DNA of 64,000 bases from an uncultured Porphyromonadaceae bacterium (lineage in GTDB: Bacteria; Bacteroidota; Bacteroidia; Bacteroidales; UBA12481). This document shows positions 9,279 through 18,148 of this stretch, one piece after another; within the stretch, counting starts at the first letter, position 1; the number at the start of each line of letters is the position of its first letter. The notes beneath the pieces were generated by a model. That model was not told where the DNA came from. It searched no databases and saw only the letters and a program-made list of their open reading frames with translations. The translations under genes were made by a program, and so were the position numbers. The stretch spans positions 5,577-69,576 of the forward strand of contig CAYHCO010000003.1 of NCBI GenBank assembly GCA_964355105.1. Reading direction: 5' to 3'.

Positions 9279-11822
9279 ATGAAAAGATTTTTCCTGCTGG
9301 CTTTAGGCCTGATGATTAGTCGCCTGATTTTTGCGGCTTACGAGGTAAACATTCCTCAAACAATTACACAGCCAAATGGGAAGGTAATCCAGTGCCTCGC
9401 TTCGGGGGATGAATTCTATCACTGGCTCCATGATGCGAAGGGATATACGATTGTCATGGATCCTGCTGACGGTTATTTTTATTATGGCGTAAGATCAGGA
9501 GAATACGTTATCCCATCGAAATATGTGGTGGGATCTGTTAATCCGGACCTGACCGGACTGGAAAAAGGAGCAAAAATTTCCGAGAGGCTGTACGCCGAGC
9601 GTCGGGAAAAATTCGAAACTCCGTTGAAATCAACCACCGGGACACCCACCAAGGGTTTGGTTAACAGCCTTTGCATCTATATCTCATTCGCGGATGACAG
9701 TGTTTTTACCCATGACCGTGCTTATTTCAAGGATCTATGGGAAGCCACTGACCATTCGTCCGTTCAGGACTATTTCAAGGAAATCTCCTATAATACACTC
9801 GACCTGCGGATCTCGCATTTTCCCGTTAGCCCCGATACCATCACCGTGAGTTACAAGGATATTCATCCCAGAAATTATTACTTACCGAAAAGTGCGGTCA
9901 ATCCTGAAGGCTACGATGGCGATAATGGCGAACGCGAGCACAGCATGCTGAAGAGAGCAGTGGAATTCATTCAGGGTCAGATTCCTGCTGATGTTGATGT
10001 GGATGTGAACGACGACGGGATTGTGGATAACGTTTGCTTCGTGATCAGGGGACAGGCATCGGCATGGGCTACTTTGTTATGGCCTCACGCCTGGGGCTTA
10101 TATTCTTACGATGTCAGAATCAAGAATGCAAAGATTAACGGTTATTTTCTGACCATGGAAATCGGATTCGGTTCCGGGACCATGTGTCATGAGTTAGGAC
10201 ACGTTTTTGGCGCTCCCGACCTGTATCACTATTCCAGCAGCGGGAAAACCGGACCGGACGCGGTTGGTGGGTGGTGCCTGATGTGCGCTTCGGCGGACCC
10301 GCCGCAGAGCATCTGCGGATTTCTGAAGTACAAATACAACCACTGGATTGATAACCTTCCCGAGATCTCAACATCAGGGGTTTATTCATTGAAACCGCTT
10401 AGCCAGCCGACCAACAACCTGTATAAGATCAAGTCGCCCTTCAGCAAATCAGAATATTTTGTTCTCGAATACAGAAAAAAGACCGGGCGTTACGAATCGT
10501 CGGCACCAGGCACCGGGCTTGTTGTTTACCGGATCAATCCCAATGCCGGGAACGGCAACGCCGGCGGTCCTCCGGATGAGGTTTACGTTTACCGTCCGGG
10601 CGGATCTCTCACAGCCGTCGGGAGTTTGGGAAGTGCAGCCATGTTCTCTCCGCAACGGAAAGCCATTAGCGACAAAACGGATCCCAACTCTTTCCTGTAC
10701 AACAGCGGACAGGGCGGACCCGGTGGTTTGGACATATCAAATGTTTCAACCGCAGGTGATTCCATCACATTCCAGGTAAGCATCACCAACCTGTTCCCGC
10801 CTACCAATCTGAGTTATACCGAAGCAACGGGTGTTGTGGACCTTACCTGGACTGCCAGTGCTGCCCAGGACCTTAAGGGATATAATGTGTACCGCGATGG
10901 TGCCAGGTATGGGAGCACAACTACCAATACCTTCCGTGATCAGGAAGTTACCATGGACTCAACATACAGCTATTCCGTGTCTGCGATTTATGAAGGACAA
11001 TTTACCGGAGAATCCGTCCCGAGCAATACCATTACCTATACGCCAAAAGGTATTATGACCCTTCCGTACAAAGAGGATTTTGAAAAACCCGGACACGGAT
11101 GGAAATTGAAATACAATGTTGAGGGTTTCATGTGGGGTGATGGTCCGAGCCTGTTGATGGAAGGTGACAACAAGACGAAATTCATCGGGGCTAGTTCCGT
11201 TGCTGCCGGAGCGGGTACCAAGTGTACGGATTATGCGATTACCCCCCGGATCAATATGTTCGGGAAAAGCGTGGTTTACGCACATTTTGATTATTGCCTG
11301 AAAAGATGGCAGCAACTGGACCACCTGAAAATCTTCTTCCGCAGAAACCGGAATGAAGCCTGGATTCCGATTCTGGAAATGCCAACCAGCGGGTTTGGGG
11401 CTGGATATAAATGGAAAAAATATAACCTTGAAATCCCTGCCGACAGTTATACCGCCGAAGCACAGCTGGGCTTCCAATATGATGATGGTACCGATATCGG
11501 ATATGGATCCGCCCTTGATAATTTTATTTTTGATGAGTCGGCTACCTCGGGGGTAGAGACATCTTCAGAAGTTTTGAAGGTTAACATGTTCCCGAATCCG
11601 GCAGGCGATGAGACCACGCTGGATATTTCCGGTAACCAGGGAGGCGATGTATCGCTGAAGCTGGTCACGATTGACGGCAAAGTGGTTTGGTCCGACATCC
11701 GTCACAATTACACGTCGGGACAGCAGCAGATCAATCTGAAAGGCCTGGCTTCAGGCATGTATTATATGGTTGTAGAAACCGAAAATGAGGTAACGATCAA
11801 GTCATTGGTCAAGCAGAATTGA
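9279..11822 (+). CDS. T9SS-secreted M6-family (immune inhibitor A-like) metalloprotease with FN3-like and MAM/choice-of-anchor-like domains and a T9SS CTD
   Basis: Zinc motif MCHELGHVFGAPDLY. LLWPHAWGLYS is typical of the M6 domain. FN3-like YNVYRDGARYGST...YSYSVSAIYEG. CTD MFPNPAGDETTLDI...GMYYMVVET. Confidence 0.75.
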   Translation: MKRFFLLALGLMISRLIFAAYEVNIPQTITQPNGKVIQCLASGDEFYHWLHDAKGYTIVMDPADGYFYYGVRSGEYVIPSKYVVGSVNPDLTGLEKGAKISERLYAERREKFETPLKSTTGTPTKGLVNSLCIYISFADDSVFTHDRAYFKDLWEATDHSSVQDYFKEISYNTLDLRISHFPVSPDTITVSYKDIHPRNYYLPKSAVNPEGYDGDNGEREHSMLKRAVEFIQGQIPADVDVDVNDDGIVDNVCFVIRGQASAWATLLWPHAWGLYSYDVRIKNAKINGYFLTMEIGFGSGTMCHELGHVFGAPDLYHYSSSGKTGPDAVGGWCLMCASADPPQSICGFLKYKYNHWIDNLPEISTSGVYSLKPLSQPTNNLYKIKSPFSKSEYFVLEYRKKTGRYESSAPGTGLVVYRINPNAGNGNAGGPPDEVYVYRPGGSLTAVGSLGSAAMFSPQRKAISDKTDPNSFLYNSGQGGPGGLDISNVSTAGDSITFQVSITNLFPPTNLSYTEATGVVDLTWTASAAQDLKGYNVYRDGARYGSTTTNTFRDQEVTMDSTYSYSVSAIYEGQFTGESVPSNTITYTPKGIMTLPYKEDFEKPGHGWKLKYNVEGFMWGDGPSLLMEGDNKTKFIGASSVAAGAGTKCTDYAITPRINMFGKSVVYAHFDYCLKRWQQLDHLKIFFRRNRNEAWIPILEMPTSGFGAGYKWKKYNLEIPADSYTAEAQLGFQYDDGTDIGYGSALDNFIFDESATSGVETSSEVLKVNMFPNPAGDETTLDISGNQGGDVSLKLVTIDGKVVWSDIRHNYTSGQQQINLKGLASGMYYMVVETENEVTIKSLVKQN

Positions 11823-12409
11823 TCGAAAAACAATTTCAGCGGCTAACTGATGAAGTCCGTGACTGCGCGCGGTGCGGACTTCATCAGAACCGGTCCCGAG
11901 CGGTATTTGGGACCGGGAATCCGTATGCCGAACTGATGGTGATCGGTGAAGGTCCGGGAGAGGAAGAGGATAAGCAGGGTTTGCCTTTTGTGGGCAAATC
12001 GGGGCAGCTGCTGGACAAGATACTCGGTGCCGCAGGTTTTTCGAGGAATGAAAATGTGTTTATTGCCAATATTGTTAAATGCAGGCCTCCCGAAAACCGC
12101 GAGCCCACCCCGGATGAGCGGTCTGCCTGTCTGCCCTTCCTGTTGCTTCAGATTGAGCTGATCCAGCCGTCGATCATTATTCTGTTGGGATCAACCGCAC
12201 TGAAAGGGCTGATCGATCCCGAAGGAAAGATCACACAGGTCAGGGGCAAATGGATGAAATGGGACCAGTTTCACGTGATGCCCACCTATCACCCGTCGGC
12301 ACTGCTGCGCAATCCCGATCTGAAGAAAGACGTGTGGGAAGACATGAAACTCGTAGTGCAGAAGTATCGCGAGCTGGTTGACCCGCAGCACCAAAGTCCT
12401 CACCTTTAA
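11819..12409 (+). CDS. uracil-DNA glycosylase, family 4
   Basis: CARCGL...VFGTGNPYAELMVIGEGPGEEEDKQGLPFVGKSGQLLDKIL and HPSALLRNP motifs. TTG start overlaps the preceding stop. Confidence 0.8.
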   Translation: MIEKQFQRLTDEVRDCARCGLHQNRSRAVFGTGNPYAELMVIGEGPGEEEDKQGLPFVGKSGQLLDKILGAAGFSRNENVFIANIVKCRPPENREPTPDERSACLPFLLLQIELIQPSIIILLGSTALKGLIDPEGKITQVRGKWMKWDQFHVMPTYHPSALLRNPDLKKDVWEDMKLVVQKYRELVDPQHQSPHL

Positions 12410-12440
12410 TAGGCCTCGCTAAAGCTCGGCTAATTATTAA

Positions 12441-12529
12441 TTAGCGCGAAGCGCATAGTTAGCGAGCGTAAGCGAGCCTATTAGCGCGAAGCGCCTTTTA
12501 GCGAACGGAGTGAGCCTATTAGCGCATGC
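12441..12529 (+). repeat. ~40-bp tandem repeat, 2.3 copies (TTAGCG-rich)
   Basis: ttagcgcgaagcgcatagttagcgagcgtaagcgagccta / ttagcgcgaagcgccttttagcgaacggagtgagccta / ttagcgcatgc. An inverted partial copy lies at 12409..12432. Confidence 0.8.
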
Positions 12530-12560
12530 TTATTATTTAGCCCAGCTAAATAATAAGCAT
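12526..12560. terminator. 16-bp perfect hairpin (bidirectional terminator candidate) overlapping the queA stop
   Basis: atgcttattatttagc-cca-gctaaataataagcat. It sits between convergent udg and queA. Confidence 0.6.
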
Positions 12561-13595
12561 CGCGTCGCCGTAGGTACCGAAACGGTACTTCTCTTTGATG
12601 GCGATCTGGTAAGCGTTCATCAGAGGATCGAATCCGGCAAAAGCCGCAACCATCATGAGCAGGGTCGTCAGAGGCAGGTGGAAATTCGATATCATACTGT
12701 CGGCAACCGAAAACTCGTAAGGAGGGAACAGGAATTTATTGGTCCAGCCGTTATAGGGCTTCAGGAATCCGTCGGTTGAAACCGAGCTTTCCAGGGTACG
12801 CATCGTGGTGGTGCCAACGGCACAGACATGATGGCGATTTTCTTTGGCGCCATTTACGATTTTGGATGCCTCCTCAGTAATGATGATCTGTTCGGAGTCC
12901 ATTTTGTGCTTGGTCAGGTCTTCTACGTCGACCGACCTGAAGTTGCCTAATCCCACATGAAGCGTGACGAAGGCAAAATCTATACCCTTAATTTCCAGAC
13001 GCTTCATTAATTCGCGACTGAAATGCATGCCGGCAGTTGGTGCGGCAACGGCTCCTTCATGTTTGGCGAAGATGGTCTGATAGCGTTCGCGGTCCTCGGG
13101 AACCACATCGCGCTTAATGAACTTAGGCAGTGGCGTTTCGCCCAGTTCAAACAGAGTTTTCTTGAATTCTTCATAAGGCCCGTCGAACAGAAAACGAAGT
13201 GTGCGTCCGCGGGATGTTGTATTGTCGATGACTTCGGCCACGAGCATGTCCTCCTCGCCGAAGTAAAGCTTGTTACCGATACGGATCTTGCGGGCCGGAT
13301 CAACCAGAACATCCCACAGCCTCTGTTCCCGGTTGAGTTCCCGAAGAAGGAATACCTCGATCTCAGCTCCGGTTTTTTCTTTATTTCCACGCAGCCTGGC
13401 AGGAAAAACGCGCGTATCGTTGAAAACCATTACATCCTTATTGTCGAAGTAGCCCAAAACATCCTTGAACACTTTGTGCTCTACTTCGCCGGTTTTGCGG
13501 TTCAGAACCAGCAACCGCGATTCATCGCGATTTTCAGATGGGTGTAAGGCAATAAGTTTGTCGGGCAGGGTATACCGGAACTTGGATAATTTCAT
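12546..13595 (-). CDS. queA: S-adenosylmethionine:tRNA ribosyltransferase-isomerase
   Basis: [31 protein letters not shown]... and a full-length QueA-like sequence (349 aa). Confidence 0.9.
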   Translation of the reverse strand: MKLSKFRYTLPDKLIALHPSENRDESRLLVLNRKTGEVEHKVFKDVLGYFDNKDVMVFNDTRVFPARLRGNKEKTGAEIEVFLLRELNREQRLWDVLVDPARKIRIGNKLYFGEEDMLVAEVIDNTTSRGRTLRFLFDGPYEEFKKTLFELGETPLPKFIKRDVVPEDRERYQTIFAKHEGAVAAPTAGMHFSRELMKRLEIKGIDFAFVTLHVGLGNFRSVDVEDLTKHKMDSEQIIITEEASKIVNGAKENRHHVCAVGTTTMRTLESSVSTDGFLKPYNGWTNKFLFPPYEFSVADSMISNFHLPLTTLLMMVAAFAGFDPLMNAYQIAIKEKYRFGTYGDAMLII

Positions 13596-13697
13596 TCGTT
13601 AATAATTTATTGTTTCAAATAAAGTTGGCTTGTACTCATGGAGCCCTCAACTGAATTTCATTGCAATTCGCCAGCTTAGCTTATGAGGGGTTCATAA
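13596..13697 (-). repeat. copy A of a ~100-nt hairpin element abutting a start codon (queA)
   Basis: The reverse complement aligns with 63857..63957. Shared blocks are ttatgaacccctca, atgaaa, ttgagggctccatgagtac, agcca, ttgaaacaataaa and acgaATG. Confidence 0.8.
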
Positions 13698-13753
13698 AAA
13701 TATATTAATCTGGTAAGTTGCCTTTATACGGGGCAAAATCGAGTTTGTTGCGT

Positions 13754-14461
13754 TTATAGCAACATTTTTTGGAAGTCGTCGAATATCAATGCATTATCTA
13801 TTGTAAAATCCCCGCTACGCGTGCGCCTGAGCTCCGTTAAATGGGCTCCTGAACCTAAAAAAACGCCGAGATCGCGGGCAATCGACCGGATATACGTTCC
13901 GCGCGAGCAGGCAATTCTGACCTTCACATCCGGAAGGGAAAAATCGATCAGTTCAATCTCGCGGATATGCACCCGCTTGGCATCAAGTTCCTGGCTCTCA
14001 CCCCGCCGGGCCTTGTCGTAGGCACGCTCACCCTCAACTTTCTTGGCACTGTAAACGGGCGGAACCTGGTCAACATGCCCGGTCATGGTTTGAAGCGCAT
14101 CCAAAACCATCTCACGGGTAATATGCTCAAAGGGGAAAATCCCGTCGATCTCCTTCTCCAGATCGAATCCGGGAGTGGTGGCGCCCAGCCGGATGGTGGC
14201 GTAATATTCCTTTTCACCAGCCTGAAGGGCATCAATCTGCTTGGTAGCCTTGCCCACCGCAACGATCATCAGGCCAGTCGCAAGGGGATCCAGCGTGCCG
14301 GCATGCCCAACCTTCAGCTTTTTCAAGCCGTAACGCCGCGATAAAATCCCCCTCACCTTTTTTACCAGGTAAAAGGAAGTCCACTGATAGGGCTTGTCAA
14401 ATACAAGTATCTGGCCATCGAGGTATTCCTGGCCGGAGGTGGGAAGGGTTATTTCTTTCAG
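13754..14461 (-). CDS. truB: tRNA pseudouridine(55) synthase
   Basis: KLKVGHAGTLDPLATGLMIVAVGKATK catalytic motif. The conserved N-terminal region DGQILVFDKPYQWTSFYLVKKVRG lies upstream of the track ATG (14356) in an open frame with no ATG/GTG/TTG. The 5' end is placed provisionally at CTG 14461; the in-frame stop is at 14474..14476. Confidence 0.7.
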   Translation of the reverse strand: MKEITLPTSGQEYLDGQILVFDKPYQWTSFYLVKKVRGILSRRYGLKKLKVGHAGTLDPLATGLMIVAVGKATKQIDALQAGEKEYYATIRLGATTPGFDLEKEIDGIFPFEHITREMVLDALQTMTGHVDQVPPVYSAKKVEGERAYDKARRGESQELDAKRVHIREIELIDFSLPDVKVRIACSRGTYIRSIARDLGVFLGSGAHLTELRRTRSGDFTIDNALIFDDFQKMLL

Positions 14462-14520
14462 GGGTTTGGAGTTTCAGGGTTTCTTACTGCCTACTGCAAA
14501 CTGCCGACTGCCTACTGCTT
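14462..14520. repeat. heptanucleotide array (GGGTTTn then ACTGCnn units) abutting the uppP stop
   Basis: gggtttg gagtttc agggttt c tt actgcct actgcaa actgccg actgcct actgc, then tta (the stop codon of uppP on the minus strand). Confidence 0.8.
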
Positions 14521-15337
14521 ATTTCAAATTGCTGATTACAATTGACGCAAATCCAACTATCGTGCAATAAACGGCAAACCAGATGAGCTTGCCCTTCTTA
14601 ACCATGTTGATCATCCACTTGCAGGCAAACAATCCGGTGATAAAAGCGGCGATGAAGCCTACAATCAGATCCAGCGCACCAACTCCGCCACTCAGGCTGG
14701 CGGCACCCTCCTGGGCTGCGGAATGCATATCGAGCATCTCCTTGGCATTGGCACCGATAATCGGCACAATAACCATGAGAAAAGAGAATTCGGCCAGTTT
14801 CTTCTTATCGATCCCCAGCATCATTCCAGTGGCAATAGTAGTTCCCGAGCGGCTTAACCCCGGCATCACAGCAATGGCCTGGGCAACGCCGATAATGAAG
14901 GCGCTCACGTATCCCACTGGAATCGTATGCTCACGCTTGCCCATAAAATGTCCGATATACAGGAAGGCGGCGGTCAGCAAGAGCATGTACCCGACAAAAG
15001 CCATATCGCCGTTAAAAAATCCCTCCACCCAATCCTTCATGAGGAACCCGACAATGCCCACGGGAATCATCGATACGATAAGTTTTACGACATATTGCGT
15101 TTCCTCATTCCATTTGAATTGGAAAGAGCCCTTCAGCAATCTCATGATCTCGCTCCAGAAAATGATGATAGTAGCCAGGACAGTTGCCCCGTGTACGACA
15201 ACGGTAAACAACAGATTATCTGCTCCTTCAACTTTCAGCAAAGCTTTGCCCAATTCCAGGTGCCCGTCGCTGCTGATTGGAAGGAACTCGGCAATTCCCT
15301 GAAGGATGCCGAGAAGAAGTGCCTGCAGCCAATCCAT
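14519..15337 (-). CDS. uppP: undecaprenyl-diphosphate phosphatase
   Basis: GILQGIAEFLPISSDGHL and the SRSGTTI motif; multi-TM, 272 aa. Confidence 0.9.
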   Translation of the reverse strand: MDWLQALLLGILQGIAEFLPISSDGHLELGKALLKVEGADNLLFTVVVHGATVLATIIIFWSEIMRLLKGSFQFKWNEETQYVVKLIVSMIPVGIVGFLMKDWVEGFFNGDMAFVGYMLLLTAAFLYIGHFMGKREHTIPVGYVSAFIIGVAQAIAVMPGLSRSGTTIATGMMLGIDKKKLAEFSFLMVIVPIIGANAKEMLDMHSAAQEGAASLSGGVGALDLIVGFIAAFITGLFACKWMINMVKKGKLIWFAVYCTIVGFASIVISNLK

Positions 15338-15340
15338 GGG

Positions 15341-15628
15341 CTACTCTTCTTTCTTGGATTTTGGACGGTACATAATGGCAACGCCCTCAATGACAAAGCC
15401 TATCAGCACGATGATCGGTCCAAACGTCACCCTCCTGAAACTGAAAATACCGGGATCAAATTTTGCCGGATCATCCGAGCCGCCGCCTGCCATCAGAATA
15501 AAACCGATAACCAGTAAAACCAGTCCGGCTATCAGCAGCTGGTAATTCATCTTGCTGAATACAAATTTCGCCTGCTTCTTATGAGCTGGCTCCTCTTTTA
15601 GCTTGACAACCACTTTTTTATCTGCCAT
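15341..15628 (-). CDS. DUF3098-family small membrane protein
   Basis: 95 aa, two TM segments. It holds the conserved position between ftsX and uppP seen in Bacteroidota. Confidence 0.65.
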   Translation of the reverse strand: MADKKVVVKLKEEPAHKKQAKFVFSKMNYQLLIAGLVLLVIGFILMAGGGSDDPAKFDPGIFSFRRVTFGPIIVLIGFVIEGVAIMYRPKSKKEE

Positions 15629-15647
15629 TGTTGTAGATTAATTCTCG

Positions 15648-16526
15648 TTAAAAATAAAGCTTGTCGCGGTCGATACCCAGATATTTATTCACCGCGAGAA
15701 TGGTGGTGATGCCCGAAAGGATCATCCCCACTGCAAAAATCAGCAGTACCAGCATCGCTACGGTCATTGAATCGGTAAACTGTAAAACTTCCGGCATCTG
15801 CTGACGCGCGATGTAAATAACACCGAGGAGCAGCAGCGAGGCCAAGGCCGATCCGAACAGCCCGTTCATCAGGCCACGAAGGATGAAAGGCTTGAGAATA
15901 TACTTTCGGGTAGCCCCAACCAATTGCATCGTTTTAATAATGAATCGCTTGCTGTAGACCAGCAATCTGATGGTATTATTGAAAAGGGCAATGGAAATCA
16001 ACAGAAGGAGGACACTGAAAGCAAGAATCACTATGCTGATCTTTCGTAAATTCTCGTTCACCAGATTCACCATCGACTCCTGATAATATACCTCGTAAAC
16101 CTGCGGATTGGCGGCGAAAATCTTTTCGTATTTCGCTATGCTGTCTGGGTTGGCATAAGCCGCATGAAACTTGATATCGATAGACGCTTTGAGAGGATTG
16201 GTGCCCAGAAAATCCAGAAAATTTTCGCCCAGCTCTTTTTGCAGAGCCTGGGCAGCCACCTCGGCCGATACGTATTTCGTGGCCTTAACAGCCGGACTGG
16301 CATTGAAACTGTTCTGCAGCTGGATAATGTCGGGCTCGCGGATCTCATCCTTAATGATCACCGAAAATCCGATATTCTCCTTCACATAATCTCCGATCAG
16401 CCGAGCATTAAGAATAAGCAGTCCGAGCAGGCTCAGCAGGAGCAGAACCATGGCAATGCTGACCACCGTAGTAACGTAGGAATTTCTTAACCTGACTGTT
16501 GGACCCGTCTGCTGTTTATTCTTCAT
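15648..16526 (-). CDS. ftsX: cell division protein FtsX-like permease
   Basis: From the internal ATG (MKNKQQTGPTVRLRNSYVTTVVSIAMVLL..). One TM, a periplasmic domain and three C-terminal TMs (292 aa). The longer track ORF would run through the divergent promoter region. Confidence 0.8.
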   Translation of the reverse strand: MKNKQQTGPTVRLRNSYVTTVVSIAMVLLLLSLLGLLILNARLIGDYVKENIGFSVIIKDEIREPDIIQLQNSFNASPAVKATKYVSAEVAAQALQKELGENFLDFLGTNPLKASIDIKFHAAYANPDSIAKYEKIFAANPQVYEVYYQESMVNLVNENLRKISIVILAFSVLLLLISIALFNNTIRLLVYSKRFIIKTMQLVGATRKYILKPFILRGLMNGLFGSALASLLLLGVIYIARQQMPEVLQFTDSMTVAMLVLLIFAVGMILSGITTILAVNKYLGIDRDKLYF

Positions 16527-16594
16527 ACCTGTTTCAAATCCAGCGCCTAAATTACAAAGATTTGGGTAACCAATGGAAGGTGGCAGCAAATTGC

Positions 16595-16602
16595 TATTTT
16601 TG
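16595..16602 (+). promoter_or_regulatory. -7 box TATTTTTG upstream of the flippase gene
   Basis: Matches TAnnTTTG, 18 nt upstream of GTG 16620. Confidence 0.4.
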
Positions 16603-16619
16603 ATCAAAATCCTCCTTTC

Positions 16620-18122
16620 GTGGGCATCATTGAAAAACAGAGCATTAAGGGATCCATCTATTCTTATATCGGCGTTGCCATAGGATTCATTACTGCCGGC
16701 TACCTGATGCCGAATTATTTCAGCAAAGAGCAAAACGGGGTCATTGAACTTCTCACCTCCTATTCATTGGTTTTTGCCACCCTCGCAACCCTTGGCCTTA
16801 ACAATGTAACCGTCAGGCTCTTCCCGTGGTTTCGCAACAAAGACAATCATCACAACGGATTTTTCGGCATACTTTTCTGGGTCAACATGGCCGGATTCCT
16901 GCTGGCACTTATCCTTTACCTGATCCTCAGGCCCTGGATCCTGGGCGATACACCCGCCGGTACCGGTCTGTTCGCCAAATATGTAGATTACATTATTCCT
17001 CTCACTGCCTTTACCACCATCTACCTGGTCATTGATATCTATTATTCGGTTTTGATGAATGCCGTTCGCGGGATTTTTCTCAAGGAATTTGTTCAGCGCG
17101 TGATCCTGCTGGTGGTTATCCTGGGCTTCATTGCCGGCATTTTCCAGTTTAACGGAGTCATCCTGCTGTTTACCGTTGCCCTCTCAACTCCGGGAATCAT
17201 CATTGCAATTCTTCTGATGAAAGACGGTGAATTCAGGATTAAACCCCAGCCGGAATTTCTCACTCCGGAACTTAAAAAATCGGTGACCAGTGTCGCTTTT
17301 TACGGGATCACCATCGCTTTCAGCAATATCCTCATCCTCTATCTTGATCGCATCCTGATCAATGACATGCTCGGTCTGGGCGAGACCGGCACCTATGGCC
17401 GTCTAGCCTTTTATGGCACCTTGGTTTCCATTCCGATACGATCCGTTTCGAAAATTTCCGCGGTGATGGTCGGACAAAACTGGAAAGACGGTGACCATGA
17501 CGCCATTAACAAGCTTTATCGCGATACCAGCCTGCATCAGCTGATTTTCGGCCTCCTGATCTTCATCGGAATATGGGGAAATGTGAAAAATATTTTCCAC
17601 ATGATCCCCGATAGCTACTCCAACGGCCGTTACGTGATTTTTTGGATGGGAATATCTAACCTGTTCATCATGGCCTCGGGTATCAGCGGTTCCATCATGA
17701 CCACCAGCAGTCACTATCGACGCCTGGCGATGTTTGTCGTGTTTTTCGGGATACTTGTATTGGCAACAAACCTGCTCTTCATTCCGATGTTCGGCATTGC
17801 CGGCGCAGCGCTCGCTTCGGCTGTTTCGGCGCTGTTTTATGCAGGAATGAGATTTGTCTTCCTCTGGAGGCGTTATGGCATGCAGCCCTACACCTGGCAG
17901 CATGCGGGTGCGGTGGTGGTTGCCGCGCTCTCCTACCTGCCGGCCATCCTGATTCCCGACCTGTATCAGGCGGATCACCATTATCTGAGTTTAATCCTGG
18001 ATGTTGCGGTCAGAAGTGCCGCCATTTCCATTGTTTTTATAGGAGCCACCCTGATATTTAACCTATCTCCCGATCTGAACAGGCGTTGGAATGAGATGCT
18101 GGGATGGCTGAGGCTGAAATAA
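16620..18122 (+). CDS. polysaccharide (O-unit) flippase, Wzx/MOP family
   Basis: 500 aa, about 12-14 TM. N-terminus KGSIYSYIGVAIGFITAGYLMPNYFSKEQNGVIELL is typical of oligosaccharide flippases. It leads the sugar biosynthesis locus. GTG start. Confidence 0.7.
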   Translation: MGIIEKQSIKGSIYSYIGVAIGFITAGYLMPNYFSKEQNGVIELLTSYSLVFATLATLGLNNVTVRLFPWFRNKDNHHNGFFGILFWVNMAGFLLALILYLILRPWILGDTPAGTGLFAKYVDYIIPLTAFTTIYLVIDIYYSVLMNAVRGIFLKEFVQRVILLVVILGFIAGIFQFNGVILLFTVALSTPGIIIAILLMKDGEFRIKPQPEFLTPELKKSVTSVAFYGITIAFSNILILYLDRILINDMLGLGETGTYGRLAFYGTLVSIPIRSVSKISAVMVGQNWKDGDHDAINKLYRDTSLHQLIFGLLIFIGIWGNVKNIFHMIPDSYSNGRYVIFWMGISNLFIMASGISGSIMTTSSHYRRLAMFVVFFGILVLATNLLFIPMFGIAGAALASAVSALFYAGMRFVFLWRRYGMQPYTWQHAGAVVVAALSYLPAILIPDLYQADHHYLSLILDVAVRSAAISIVFIGATLIFNLSPDLNRRWNEMLGWLRLK

Positions 18123-18148
18123 TTTATCTTTGTAAAAACCGGATCATC

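Noticed and set aside
13596-13753. A preQ1 or other known riboswitch upstream of queA.
   Set aside because: The sequence does not resemble the short preQ1 aptamer consensus as I remember it. The same element also precedes sdhA, which is unrelated to queuosine metabolism.
16527-16733. N-terminal extensions of track ORFs: ftsX to 16733, trpS to 35833, guaD to 40421, ligase to 42345, the antitoxin from 1851, rbfA from 35861, the LytTR gene from 49138 and the GT42-like gene to 23803.
   Set aside because: The extensions run through divergent promoter regions, -7 boxes, repeats or neighbouring genes and lack family-typical sequence. Internal ATGs give N-termini that match the families.
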